DNA of 64,000 nucleotides from Podarcis erhardii (Eukaryota): NCBI GenBank assembly GCA_964252035.1, contig CAXUOO010000159.1; one strand, 5' to 3'. Shown piece by piece: positions 35,835 to 50,570 of this stretch (position 1 is its first letter; each line of letters starts with the position of its first letter). The notes under the pieces were generated by a model. It saw only the letters and a program-made list of their open reading frames with translations, ran no database searches and was not told where the DNA came from. The position numbers and the translations under genes were made by a program.

Positions 35835-38800
35835 TTCTTTTATCGGCGATTGCAGTACATGTTTTCGAAGCGGTAAAGTTTTACATATACATACATATGT
35901 GTATACGTGAAGAATCGAACCGTACGGTTACGGACTCGCGTGCAGGCAACACATATACATTCAGATAAAATCGTGTGTTGATGTGCATAACGTGTTTGGA
36001 TTCACGTAGATGAAGTTATCATGTTTATGTGATTCAAGAATTCGCTTGTTTTGTTCTCTGTTTGCTGCTTTACATATCTATGGTATACGTAAAATTCAAT
36101 ACATATGATAACAGTCTGTAGTGAACACATGTATGCAGGGATTTTCAAGTTGTGATGTGCTATTCTGGCTTGCCAGCTACATTGTTGCAAGAGCGGCTTC
36201 AATTCAGCTTGGGGTGATTTAAGTTTTAGAATAGTAGGGTTGGAATCAATTACACGAATATATATATATATATATATTTATATATTTATACATATATAGT
36301 TATACACATATATGTATGGGTTACCGTTCAAAAATGGGTGCATACTCTCCAACATGTTCACATATCCTTCTAGGACAAACTAGCTTGAATATCGGTTGCT
36401 GTACATCTTAATACTTGACAAACAGGACGTCATTTTAGATTAATATGCGCAAGTCATTGTTCTAATATGCAGTTTCTCTCCGATAAAAGAATATCATGAA
36501 TATGTGTGTCGCCTTACCTCTGCCGCCCCGTCTCTCTCAAACTACATATATTCATATGTTCGAACACGATTGATATTGCTCATGTGGTTTTCATCCAATA
36601 GCCCGGCACAGCAGCCAATGTCGGCTTACACATCCCAAGGGATGTTTCCACAAAAAATTTACAAAGCACAATAGATTACCACTGCTGGGGGAGAGAAGGC
36701 AGTGGTGGTGCTGAAGATACACCAACAGGAGTGACTTTCGCGCCGTAGCAGCAGAAGTGCACGGGAAACGTGTACATATTGCACAAACTAACTACTTGTT
36801 TTACAGTTTTGCTGTGGCAGAAATCAATTAATTTTTCAGATCTACGTACATATATAAGCACGTAAGTGCATACAAGCATATTGAAAGGAATGCTTTCGGA
36901 GGAGCCGTCTTTACAACATTTGAAAGATACATTTCTACTAATTATAAAATATATATATATATACATATACGTATCGGTATTTGTGGAGGTGCACGTATAT
37001 GAAATACGGAGTTTACCGGAATTGACGGTCATTGAGCTGCAAAAACGAGCCCTTGCCAGTTCAAAAACAGAAGTCGAATTTACCGCGCGAAACGCGTTTG
37101 CGATGCTGTTGTTTCGTGAAGAGCTGCAATCTGTGCACGAAAAAAATGGGTCATTTTCCTAGCATTTTCGAAATCGCTCAAATGGAAAAGTACTTGAGAC
37201 TATAATCACGAAACATTTGATTTTCAATCTTAGAGCAGATCAAAGCTCCAGTATTGTCTCGACATTTGCTTGTATATAGCAGGATTATATAAAGAAAGGG
37301 GCTTGCGTGATTGCGTGCTCGTGGACGATAACTTTTACGGCAAAGCGCTAGTTTCGTCACGCTATTTTGAATACATATAAAAAAAAATTACCAGTCAACA
37401 TTCTGGCTCCATCTTGCATCTACTATAGGCTGTTGCAGATTTGAATGCAGCATTCCAACGTATGCTGTAACAGACAAAATGTTCATTTTTCCAGAAGAAT
37501 ATAATATGTATATAGAAGAAAGTTGATTCGCTGCTGTTCGCTGTTGTGACTCTTTTGCGCACGGCTGCACAGTTTTGCTGCTGACTGTGTTGCTGCTGCT
37601 GCTGTAATTGAAAGCTGTAGCAAAAATACACATATATACAAATATACACGTATATGCATAAAATGCGTGTACAGCATTTGGCCGATACCTATTTGCAAAC
37701 TTATGTATCAGTTAGCAGTTTCACGTTTTTAGACGTCTCATTAAAAGGACAACAATGAAAGGAATTCAAGACGGTGGTTCAAGCTTCGTCTTGGTACCGT
37801 AAAATTACACCACGTGTGGCACTTGAATTCTACAGATGTGTTGAAAGGAAACTTTTTTCTGAAAGGCTAGTACGTAGCTAGTTTATCTGCGTATCTATTG
37901 TTTACGTAACAACTTATCAGGGCGCAATTGTGCGAGAAAGTCAATTCAACCTTGTAGTGGATATTTTGTCAGTGCAGTTGACAGGGACAACGGTGCGACT
38001 TAAAAGTCTAGCACATGCGATACCCCAGCAGATCAACATGTAAAAAACTTATTTTTGCTAATTTGCTGTATATCGCTGCATCGCGGAAGCCTTCTTCTCG
38101 AGATATCTTCGTGTAACTCTGTTAAATATCTGCATCATAGTGTTGTACAGCTTCTCTACGAACTCGCTTTCGAAATATACAGCATACAATCAAGTTGTGC
38201 ACCCTCCTACGCGCAGTGCAGAGATTGAACATCCATATACACGTGTGGATTGTGAAATTTTTTGTACCCAGTGATTGCCACCCTCATTCTGCTTCAGATG
38301 ATTGTCTACGAGCAGATTCGAGAAGAGCTGCAAACACTTTATCAAGTAGTCTGATGATTGTAAATCTACATACAGATTTACTCGCGTATATATACATATA
38401 TGTACAATTACTTATAAGGGGGAATACAGTGCAAAGAATATTGTAAGAAATAAATCAGCACTTGTTCTTTGAATTGAAAACAGGCGCTTCGGTTTGCTTC
38501 TCCAAACAACGGCAAAAGCAGAGAAGATCTCGATAAGAAAGGAAAAGAAAAACACTGAATTTACATGATAAAAAAATTAGTTTTGTACACGCTACGTCAG
38601 CAGGGCTTGGTATTTTGTTTACTGATTCGATATTCTGGATAATTTACTATATATATACATAAAATATATGTTACGTTCACTACTAATCGGATTCTTATAA
38701 ACATGCATAGACACACATTATTGATGAAGGTTTTTCTGCAGAAAGATAAAGACCACATTGCACATGGCAAGGCAGAAGAAATGCGCTGCTGCTAGTACAG

Positions 38801-39402
38801 TGGCACCATGAGCAGCTACTGCCCTACTCTCTTTGCTGTGGCTTATGCTGCTCTTTCGCTGTTGCTGCGAAAATTTTAGCTCCAGCAACAGCAGCAAAAT
38901 ACCGCATAGCACATGGAGTCACCCCAAAACAAACAAAAGCAGTCAGGAAGTGATTAGAAAAATCGCTAGTACTGTTAAACTACGATGTTTGTAGATCTTG
39001 ATTCAATACAACGAGGCCCAACTACGCGGGTGTCAGAGGCTTGATCATCATATAGACACGTGTATTCGAGTAGAATTCCATGATGGTAGAAGTGGCTAAC
39101 AGAGCAGACAAAGGAAAAAGTTTCCCGCGCTAGAGGAAAGAAGAAAAATGCAGAAATGGCCATTAGTCGACGCGGCGGAAAAGAAGAAAAGGCAACTGTA
39201 TGTTTGTGGAAAAAGGTTACCAGGTGGTCAGAAAGGAAAAACAATGGATGAGGAGACTATGAGAAGACTATCATCTATATTCATTTCAAACGTCCTTACC
39301 TTTAAGTCAGAAAACTTACTTTTTTCGTTCATCAGTCATTCTACAGCGTAACCAATGTTGTACTAAAGTAGGTATATGCATTGTAAAATTGTGCAAATGT
39401 GT

Positions 39403-39461
<59 letters not shown>

Positions 39462-40818
39462 TATATATACACGCATATGATATTCCCAAAACTACGTGGA
39501 AATACGTGTTTCCCATCTGGCTACATCTTCAGTACTATCATACAAGTCCCATACTTGTCTTCCAATATGGCTCATATCGTGACTCGCCTCCCTTTCCCAA
39601 GTTGTGTGATTTCCTTATAATCAGACAAACGTATAATTGAATATATATATATATATATACATATATGTATAGATATAGATATTGTTCATATACATTACTT
39701 ATTTCTCAGATAAACTTACAAATAGGTGAGTCAATACTGTCATCTTTTATGCTTGCCTTACGTTTCTCTCATACCTGGAGGCGGGCGAACGTTAAGCAGT
39801 TGAGAGCTGGAATAGATTATAGATGTTTATGTGTATGTCAGAGGGGAAGAAAAATTCTTTCTCGCTCGTCCGTCACATAGAAGTCAAGTTTTCCTCTTTG
39901 CTTTCCACTTCGCAAATTTGTGACCAGTAAAAGCTGCTTCTATATCATTCATACTTATTCGGAAACAAATTTCCAACTGCAGTTTCCTAATTGTCCGCCG
40001 TTTGCTGTCGAAAGCGTAAATATAGCATGTGCATTATACTGAGCATCCGAACAGCACTTTTAAAAAGTTTTGAATACTCTGCAAAAAAATATTGATTAAC
40101 CTGCGTGAATATATACAAGTCAACAAAATTGGCAGTTTGTATTGTGTTGTTCTCCCAGCAGATCTTCCAGCGGCCAATCATGTAAGTAAAGTTAATCCTC
40201 TATATGCTGCAGCTGCTGCCGTCGCTGCCGGCGTTACTCTTTCTCGGTCGAAGCTTGATATGTTGCTGCTGCTGCTGTTGATGCTTTTGATGCCTGAAGG
40301 TCCAACTATGCTACTGCTACCGCTGCGCAATTGAATAAACCACCGTCTCACCTCCACAAATACCTGTACATATATATAATATATATATATATATATATGT
40401 ATGCATAGATATAGATGTATATATAAAAGGGAAAGAGAGAGAGAGAGAAAGAGAGAGGAAGAGATTGAGAGAGCGACATATATATATATTTTTTTATTTT
40501 TTTTTTCTTTTTCGCTTGCTAGATCGCTTGATAGGTAGAAAGCCTGTTAGATATTCGTTGACAATATGTAGTAGTTGCGAGTCAAATCATCACTACGTAT
40601 AACTGCTTATTCTTCAAAATCTTAATACCTCCACGCGGGATCTGCTGTTTGTGCGCATTCCTACGAGGTGCTGCTGTTTAGCGAAATTGCTGTTGATGCT
40701 GCTGCTTTTGCTGGTGCTGCTGCTTACGAAACTAATATGTAATTGCTGTTGTTAAGAATGTACTAAGTTCTTGCTTTCGCAACTGAATCTCTTGCCCAAG
40801 CTTCTGCACCACAACTAA

Positions 40819-43800
40819 ATGAAGGGTTTGCTCCTCAGCCGCTGTAACAGCGAGTATTTATGCAGCTATCATTACAATAGGTGTGCGGCTCCTGATTCGG
40901 TTAAGTCTGCCGCTGCAGCAGCTGCACAAAATTTGGCTGCGGATGCCTTGAATCGCTGGCGCTCTTGTGAGACTTCTGCGACAAGCGTAAGCTGCTACTG
41001 CGCTGCTGCGGCTGCTGCTGCCGCAGCAGCGGCTTTTGTCGTTGCGTCAGATTCTGCTTTTCGTGCTGCTGCCTCTGTGCTGCTGCCTCTGTGTTGCTGC
41101 TGTTGCTGTTGCTAGGGCATGGAGCTGTTGCTACTATTTGGTGCAGTTGCAGCTGCCCGTGGTGCTGTTTCTTCGTGCTCTGCCGCTGGACGTAAACTGT
41201 TGCTGCTATTGGTGCAGCTACTGTTGGCGTTGTAGCTATAGATGCGGCTATTGCTATTTGTCACGTTGCTGGATCCTGTGATGTTGCTGCAGCCTGTGAG
41301 GTTGCTGCTGTGACCGCTGCAGCTGTTGCTGTTACTAGTGCTGCTACCGTCGCGGATCATGTGAACAATAACTGCAGTCACTTTATCGCTATCAGTGTTA
41401 CTGGTGTTTCTGCTGTTGCTCGAGATGCTAGTGCTGATGATTTGGAAAGCGAGCAGCGCGCTTACCTTTTCTGGATTCGTGGAGAGCGGGCAAACATAGC
41501 GCCCTTGGTCACAGAAAACACTTCGAATAGAGGTCGTATCACAGCGCAATTCTCAGCAGCAGTCGCAGCAACTTGTGTGTTTCTTAGAAGCTGTAGCCGC
41601 CTCGAAACAGGCATGGACAGCAGCAATAGTGGAGACGGTATATACAGAGAGGGAAAGCTGCACAGGATGATATATGCAGTAGTGATATTAGCAACTGCGA
41701 GAAAGGCGGGGCATCGGCAGCAGGAGTTGCGTTCAACAGCAGACATAGCGTTACTGGCGGCATGAAGGAGCATCATCGCAGCACTTACTAAAAAGGAGTC
41801 AAAGAGAGGACGTGAAGTTATGTGGTTAAGAAGTTGTGTGAGCAGCCGCAAGAGCAGCAGCAAAAACACAGGAGTAGCAAGCAGCAACCACAATATCAGC
41901 TGTCATGCATTTGAAGAACATTCTGGAGAAACAGCCGCGGACGAAGTGGAGAATGTGAAAAATAGCGGCTGCGGAGGCGTCTACAAGAGGCCAGCAGAAC
42001 CCACAGCAGCAGCAGAAAAACACCCCAACAACAGCTGCCTGTGTAAGTTAAGCAGCAAGCATGCAAGCGGCAGCCAAAGCAGCAGCAATTAGAACGCTGA
42101 GGATATGAGAGACGAGTATAGAGGCGAATGAAGCAGACGTACTACTACCTAGATATACAGATATATATTTAAAAATTTATATATGCATGTATATATTATA
42201 CTGCTTATGTGTATGATTATAGAAGAGCCTCAATCTGTTCTTCTCTCCACCTCACTTGTTCAATGCTAAGCTGCGCCTCTGAGGCACTTCTCACGACTAC
42301 TGCTGCTGCTGCACCTCTGCTGGCGGGCCATTTGCTCATTTGATCACAACTCCTGCTAGTGCTACTGATGCGAGGCGTACTGGTCATATTGCTGCCGCTT
42401 TCTCATTTGCTTCTGCTATTGAACCTTCAAATACCGCTGCTTTGTGCTTCTTCGGTGCCTTTGCAGATCGAACAAATTCTGCAATCACTTCTAGACGATA
42501 GCATCTGTACCTGAAGCCCCACGTGTGCCGGTGGTGCCGCTGCAGCAATGTTGTTCTCGCAGCCCTCGCTGCGGCAGTTGCGGGATTTTTGTAGAGATTT
42601 CACTGCTTCTAATGCTGTAACTGATTCAACCTATGCAACTAAGAGAGGAGCTTTTGTCTTTCCTGCTGCTCCTGCTCCTACTACTACTAATGACGACATT
42701 GCTTGCTATGGCCGTTCTGCCTCCTGCTGTTGTGTTACAAATTCCGCGAGAGGAGTTCCTATGACTGAGACGGCAGCTAAAGCTGTAAAAAGTTTTGTTG
42801 TCTGCACTGCTGCTCTTCATGTTGTTGCTTCTGGATTTGCTGTTGTTGCTACCACCGGTGCAGATAGGATCAACATAACTGCATTTCGCGTGGTGGCTGG
42901 TTGCTACTGCTGCTGCTACAACACTAGGAGGCCCTTGTGCGGTTTTAGCAGAAGCAACTGTGGCTGTTGCTGGAGCCGCTGTGGCTATAACTGCTCGCGC
43001 TGCTATTGACGAAACTTCCAACGCCGATATTTTCGCGACTACTAGCGTTATCGTTGCAGAAAAGCAGCAGCAGCACCACCAGCACCACCAGGCTCAGCTC
43101 TTCCTCTTCTGTCAACAATGACACGGCCACAAACCAGGCCACTTCCATTCCGCGCCTTCCGCTTCACCCACACATCCTCCCTCTCCTCCGTTTTCTTCTT
43201 CTTCTTCTTCTCCTTCTTCTGCTTCTTTTACTTGCTTTTTCTGCACAAGACAGCCGAGGCGTGGAGAAGGCACTTTTCTTTTGCGCCTTAGTTTCGAGTG
43301 AGTTGAAAGTGATTTCAGTGGAGAATAAATTAAAAAGGCTTTTACAGCTTTTTGCGTCGGCTTTCTTGCACTCAAGTCGCCTGCTGCTCCAGGCAAATGC
43401 TGCTGCTGCTGCTGCTGCTGCAGAAGAGTCAGTGAAAGAGGCACTAGTTTGCCCAACAGAAAAGAAAGCCGCTTTGAACTGGTCTTTTTAGGGTTTCAGA
43501 GGGACAGACACTGGAAGTTTCTCTCTACACAGCAGCAGCAGTTCGTTGTTCAATGAAAGTCGCGTTCCAGAGTTGCACAAGCAGCACTTGCTACACTGCT
43601 GCCGGGCTTGCCCTCTTCACATACGCACACGATGAAACAACCTCTGCTCAGCCAAACCACTGCCCCTGCCCTTGCTTCTTTCGGTCCTTTCCAAAAGAAA
43701 CGCTACTGTCAGCTGCTGCTGTTGTTAATGTTTAACAGCAGCAGGGCTACACACAAGCTCTGCACACAGCAGTGGGGGCAGCAGCAGGCACTTCCACTTC

Positions 43801-45573
43801 TTCTTCTTCTGCAGCAGCAAAAATCCCAGCAAAAAAGATCTCCAGAAGACGTTGCTGAAGCGAGTCCCAGCAACACACACATTCTTCCCCTCTTCTTGAA
43901 ACAGCAGCAACTGTTGCTGCTGCTGGTTTTTCTGTTGAGATGTGTGTCTGAAATATCGCAACGACTGCAGCAGCTGCCACTGTGTGTGTGGGGCAAGCAG
44001 CAGGTGTTTGAGAACGACAACAGCCTGTGTTTTGTCGTTGGTTTCTTCAGCTCAACAGCCCCCATACTCACACAGCTTCAGTCTGTCCATCTGTCATCAC
44101 TCTCCAAACAGGATAAATGTATGGGGGATTAGTAGTAGAAACAGCAGTAGCGGTAGTGTGTGCAATGTGGCTTTTGAACAGGAGAAATGTATAGGGGAAC
44201 AGCAGTAGAAACAGCAGTAGCGGTAGTGTGTGCAATGTGGCTTTTCTCTGCAGATTCACACATACACACACACAGAGCGCAGACAGAGGGCGAGTTCGCT
44301 GAGAAGAGCAGAGCAGTTCCAGCCTTGCCTGAAACGAAGGCGACAAGACCAAAGCAGAGCTTCTTTTTCTTAGGCGACTCTCTGCTGGCAGCTTCAGCAT
44401 CAACACAACCCCCACAACAACACACACAAGACCATCTGCGCATCGAGTTCGCTTGTGTATATGAATGTGTATGGGGTGTTGCAGTCGGAGTACTACTCCT
44501 GGCAGCAGTTGAAAACTGCGCACACACACATACACACACTCAACAGCAGCGTTTTTGGTCTTTTTTCCTCTACTTGGTCCAACAGCAGGAAAAAGAGGAA
44601 CGATGTGTCTTCTCTGCAAAAAGATTGCAGCTGATACAGCGTATAAGTCCTCAGAAACGTCCTCTGCATTATTCGCTGCAACAAAAGCATCAGCAGCAGC
44701 CGCTTACCCATCACCACCATCATCAGAGCCACCACCATCACGACATGTGATGGAACTGTTTAAAGACTCGAAGAGGCGTTCGCTTAAAACGGGCACTAGC
44801 GAAACTTTCAGCGTACCCACCAGCGACACTGGAAAATCCAGGAAGAAGCACATCAGCAATTTGCTCACTCAAAGAAGAAGCAGCAGCATTCTTTTTGAGG
44901 CGCCCCTGCTGTTGCGTCAGCCCAGAAAAAATAGCTAGCTACTAGCTCAACTGAGACCAGAAGTAATCTCAGCGTAAAAACCTTTTCATTTCCACCAGTA
45001 GCAAGTAGCCCCTGCTGATTGGTGTTGCTTATGAGCGACACATCAGCGAAAACGCTGCCTACGTTGAATTGCGCATCTCCGACATCCATGGACTGCTACG
45101 CGCAACAACAAGGAGAAAGCAAAAAAGCCAATTGGGTGCAGCAGCCTCTACACAGTCTAAGTAGACAATCAAAAAAGCTGCAACAAATCCTCGAACAGGC
45201 AAAGCCCACAGCTTCGCGGCTGCAAACGCGCACCAAGGAAATGCCGGATCTAATCTGACGTCATCAGCAGCAGCAATCTACGCAACAGAAAGAAGTACAG
45301 AGGCCCCAGCGGTGCGGAAATGCATTCTTCCAGACGGCATCTACAGAGATATGAACACATGTGAACATACACTTTCTCGGTAGATGTATGGTCGTTCGTG
45401 CACCTTTTTTCCACCACATCAAACATTATAGATACCTGCATAACATTATAGAGTTGCATGCGGACACATCCTGCTTACATGTATGTATACTGCGAATTTG
45501 TATCAGTTCAAATGTATATATATTTATATGTATATGGAGGAATAAGTATACCGTATAAATCAGCATCTATATC

Positions 45574-45605
<32 letters not shown>

Positions 45606-46211
45606 CACTGTCGATATCATACAGATGTTGCGATATGTTCATATATGCATACCCAGCTCGGCACATACTGTAAAGAACGAGAGAGCCGTCAAGAAAGAAG
45701 CTGCGAGTCTCGCTGTCCGCACATAAAGTTGAAAGACTCAAGCAGCAAAAGCCACGTATAAAAGCAACACAGCTATATATAGACACAGGATACACATAAA
45801 CTGAATTCGTGAGCACGGATTTATCGCCTGTAGTTTCTTATACCCACTTCCTGCGCTTGAGTCCAGCAAGCACATATACTAAATGTACATAGATACATAT
45901 ACATATATATACATATATATATATATATGAGACAACCACAACATCGCAGCAGATCAGGATCCTTCTTCAAAGCACCAGCAGCACCAGCGAGATGTTCGCA
46001 AAACAGCAAGCAAGCATGCGAGAACATCAGCAGGACTTCCGACGGATAAACGCCATATCAAAGCCACAGTATGGAGACCACCTGCTGATATACATTGGGG
46101 AGCTATAGAGTAGATAGCTATTAGAACCTAAATAATTGTATAAATATATGAGGTGCTTGTACTGAACGTGAGTGAAACGCACACGATTAGGACTTGCCAC
46201 CCGCAAAGTAC

Positions 46212-46255
<44 letters not shown>

Positions 46256-49048
46256 CATATATGTATATGTATGTATGAGATACAAACCAATTGGCTAGTG
46301 ATACTGAGGGGGGAAATCACTAACAGCACAGATGCAATGAACTTGACATACTCTTTTCCTGTGTACGCAGACATATGCAGATACACAGATAACTGCAAAC
46401 GGCTGAAAGCTTACGATAAGATGGTGGCTATACGCAAATAGGTAGTGATATTTATATATTCTACCTAATCGTGGTTCACTTCTGTGGCTGTGGCTGTTAC
46501 ATCTGCACTATATGGTGTAGATCCATGTCCATTAAGCGCTCCTTTTTGGCATTCTTCGACCCAAACGCCTAGCTAGATTTCACCGCTTCTGCAACTGCCG
46601 CTGAAACTGCTGCTTTGCCTGATGCAAGGGCATCTGCTGCTGCAGCTGCTGCTTCTTGGCTTACAACATTGAGGGCATTTAGTGCAGTTGGTGTTGCGTT
46701 CACTAAACTCGCCTGGGCATCCCCTGCCGTTCTTTTGAATGGAAATGTTGCTTTCATCCCTGCTACTTGTGCTGGAGTAAACAGCACAACAAAGGGAGCA
46801 ATCAAACTGGTCTTAACACAAAGTTTGCCACTTGGAAAAAGTAAATAAAATTTGATACATCTGGTGCCTGATGTCCGTCACTTTTCTTACGGTGTTCGGT
46901 GAAAAGTATGCTAGACGCTACTGTAACGTGTTGCTCTTCTTTCCTTAGTGTGGTGTCAGTTGATGCAGGCGGAATTGCAAGCGTTGCTTTACGTGTTTTA
47001 GTGCAGCTGTGGCTAGTGACATCGTTGATGCTATTGCTGCTGAATCTGTCGCTTAACCTAGTGCTTTCACAGGAGCTGTGAATCTGTTTCTCTTCCTCCT
47101 ACTTGTGTTTGTGCTGCTGATATTAGTTGTGCTAGATTTGCTACTTTCGCATGTGCTACTTGTGTTTGTGTTCGCGTTGAGCGCCTCTGCATACATTATT
47201 CGGCTTCTTTCGTGTAGTTGCTTTTTCCCCTGCTGTGGCTGGTCAAATGCAGTCGCTGTTTTCCAAAGTGCTCCGCTTCTGGTGGGAGTCCGTCATACAC
47301 ATATACAAATATCTATATAGATATATATATGGATGTGTATATATTGTTTTGGCTGCTTTAATGGCTCTGCTGCTGCTGCGCAAGGGCTTGCTGGCTTTCA
47401 TTCCTAATAAGCCAGCTCATCTTGTTAGCGGAACAATAACCGCTAGACAAGTCTGGAAGCTCCAGAAAGCACGAATAGGAGCGGTGGCTGTAGCAGCCGC
47501 TACAATAGCAGCAACAACCGCAGTAACAGCCGCTGCAGCAACAACGGACTTAGAATGATGGTATCGATAAGCAGGAATAAGAGCGCCATCACAGGGGAAG
47601 CAGCAGCTTAAGCAAGAGATGTTGTTGTTGCAGCAGCGAGTGCTCAACACGAGCAGAAAGAGGGGCTCAAACTCGCGCCGTAGCGTTTGTTTTGAAGAGT
47701 GTGGCGACTGTATCATAAGCAAGTGCTTGCACAAGAATGTAGATGCGACCCAGCTGACGAAAGCAATAGGAATCCAAGCGACACGATCAACACCTACAAG
47801 CAGCAAAAATACGCAGCAGCAGATCCTGCGAATGGTACTGCGGTCTTTGCGCGTGCCAAACCTGCTGGTACTCGTCAGAAATGGAAGCAGTTGCAGTAGC
47901 AGCGTTGATTCTGCAACTGAAGCAGCGATACCTGCTACGGAAACAAACAGCCGTTCATACAATCAACTGCTGCAGCAACGGCAGAAGGAGCTCGCAGGTG
48001 CAGACTTTCGCCGAAACTGTTTTGCCGCAGTGGCCGCATCTGCTTCGCTTTTTCGGGCTCTGCTTGTATTTAAAGAATTAGTGTGCAGACTGTTATTGCT
48101 GCTAAAACAGTCTCAACAAGCGACGAGAACTGAGCAGTTTTTTTATTCTGGCTGTGACTGTTTAACAGCCGAGAACGAGCGGAGCAGCTGCAAGTTCCAT
48201 TGCACCACCGAGAACATACAACGAGGAATGAATATGAGGACAGCTGCTTCTTATAAACTACAACTAGATTAGACTGTGCTGTTGCTGCTAATTTTTTTTT
48301 GGTGTGTGCCTTGTATCTGCTCCAGCAGCAATCGTTGGAGCCCATTTAATCGCAGCAGCTGTGTGTGTGTGTGTGTGATATTCGATATAATGCATGGAAA
48401 CTGCCTACGACCTATACTTTTTTATATATATATTCATACACTATACATATATATATATATATACATGTAAGAATGGTCTGTGACTTTTGTGCTTGTAATA
48501 CATACACCAGTTTTGGTATTATGTCCTGTTGAGTCGCACCAGCACCGAATGCGGCAGCAGCAGTGAGGGCCGCTTCGCCACAGCAGCATATCACAGTGAG
48601 AGACGTAAAATCAATTTTGTATAGAACGAGCGCTAATCAAGAAACCATTTTCTCAAATAGCTATACAAGCACAAATAGAAAGTGACGTTGGAAAAAAGAG
48701 ATGTTCTTCAAACAACAAATTTGACGATTCGGGTTGTGCTGTAGCTATAAACGTACTTACACACTTGTGTACTATATATATGTGTCCTTGTGAGCCCCTG
48801 GCCCTGTTCCTCGAATACATTTGTGCATATTCGTGTAAAAATAATCATACATAAAAGCTAAGCCTATGTTACGGAAAGAAGTAAATATGTAAACTTCAAA
48901 TTCAATATATCTGTAATGTTTTTACACTACATATATATATATATGTATATATATATGTGAATTTCTCATGTGGCAATAATACACAGTCAAGTCGCGGCAC
49001 TTGGCAGGGAACTCCTATTGCTGCTATCATTTATACAGAACTTACTTT

Positions 49049-49085
<37 letters not shown>

Positions 49086-50000
49086 AAATGAATCTTACGC
49101 GCCTTCGACCCGCAAAATCGAAAGATTTTTGAGCAGCGATTGAAGCAGAATACTTTAGCAACAACACTTGACGGCATACGCAACCAAATATGCCTATTTG
49201 CTTGGTAATGCATTGAACTTGCAGATGCTCCGCTCGTATTATATATATATATATTTATATATATAATGTCAGTCTTCTTAGAAAGTGTAAATTTAAAACT
49301 ATACTTGTTCGACCTTGTACACACACCTTATATATACGTTATATATATATATATATATATATATACTTACATGTAATTTTTTACCAAAAACCACATTGTG
49401 AACGAAAGTCTAGAAAGCTGTCATTTCTGTGCACACAACTGCATACGCGGGGCGCATAGAAATAATATATATCTATATATATTTAAATCTCACTGCAAAA
49501 TGTTTCCCAACTGAACTATGCAGGCCGCAAGCTACGTCTACATATACACTATGTATATATATTTCGCAACTCACGTCTGTGTGAAAAAGCAATCAAGCAA
49601 TGCGTATGTTCTTGTTGGATTAATCTTGGTTGCACCTACTTCAGCAAAGTTTGATGCTGTACGGTATATTTCAAAGCCACACCACCCAGCTCATTTCAGT
49701 TTTGAATATTATCAAGACTTTATTGTTCACTGCGTGATCCAAAAAACACGTACTAGCTGTTTCAAGCCCACCAATAGTCCTTGCAAGGAATTGTAATTTA
49801 CTACTCAAGGTTCAAAAAAAACAAGCAGCCATCTTTTCATACAATTTACTTCCAGTACCAGGTGAGCGGCTGACAACTTTACAGCGGTTATGTCATCTTC
49901 TTCACATGTTGAGTGTGAGCATGCACAGGATGAACAGAGCTCCCATATTCGAACACATCACTCTCAAAAGTTGGTAAAATTGAAGTCTACACCTGAAAGT
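40819..50000 (+). pseudogene. Large unidentified multi-exon gene or pseudogene with in-frame stops and frameshifts
   Basis: Long GCT/GCA/CAG-rich protein-like frames (41196-42092, 42222-43009, 43330-44118, 44254-44943, 47350-48272) each broken by 1-2 stops. A phase-compatible GT-AG intron at 44119-44253 and small exon-like segments near 45675, 48625 and 49090. Strand is ambiguous below ~43 kb. Confidence 0.35.
44107..44245. repeat. 70-bp tandem duplication (2 copies)
   Basis: AACAGGA(T/G)AAATGTAT...AGTAGAAACAGCAGTAGCGGTAGTGTGTGCAATGTGGCTTTT starts at 44107 and 44177. Confidence 0.92.
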
Positions 50001-50133
50001 AATTTTTTTTTCGAGAAATACTCTTCCGATCTGTTTTACATAAGGAATTTCTACACCTAATATATATATATATATATTTATATATCAGATTAAATACAAA
50101 TATGACTATCTGTATGATAAAGTCAAAATATTT

Positions 50134-50171
<38 letters not shown>

Positions 50172-50415
50172 GGTAATTCTATCAGCATACACATACATAT
50201 GCATATTTTATCTGATTTTAGTATTTTCGATCTGAAAGGTTGACGGTTGACGTCCGCTTTACACATGATATATTGCAGATGTGGTTCTCTGCTCGAGCGA
50301 GATAGAAAGAAAGTACGAAATATTCACATTTCCCATATAGATGAAAATTTTACTAGAGCCAACTAGGTGAGCATATATATATGTAACATCATATACTACG
50401 ACCAACAATAAATTC

Positions 50416-50458
<43 letters not shown>

Positions 50459-50533
50459 AAATTTCGTATGCACATTGAAGTCGATCTTGTACAAATGAGC
50501 TAGGACATATATTTATTTTTCCAATTCCAAAGT

Positions 50534-50570
<37 letters not shown>

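Noticed and set aside
36600-39350. Scattered protein-like fragments between UFM1 and 40 kb
   Set aside because: Short, on both strands, with no consistent splice phases or family motif; cannot support a gene model.
41500-41960. Importin-beta-like strings (FLEAVAASKQAW; MHLKNILEK) in one plus frame
   Set aside because: That frame has many stops between the strings while another frame is almost fully open; likely chance resemblance.
43485-43497. Telomere-like TTTAGGG heptamer
   Set aside because: Single copy only; no array.
40819-48272. Genome-wide stop-codon reassignment (TGA=Trp or TAG=Gln)
   Set aside because: Confident genes here end normally (USP14 and UFM1 TAA, SURF1 TGA), and TAG in Q-frames is simply the AGT/GTA variant of CAG repeats read out of frame.
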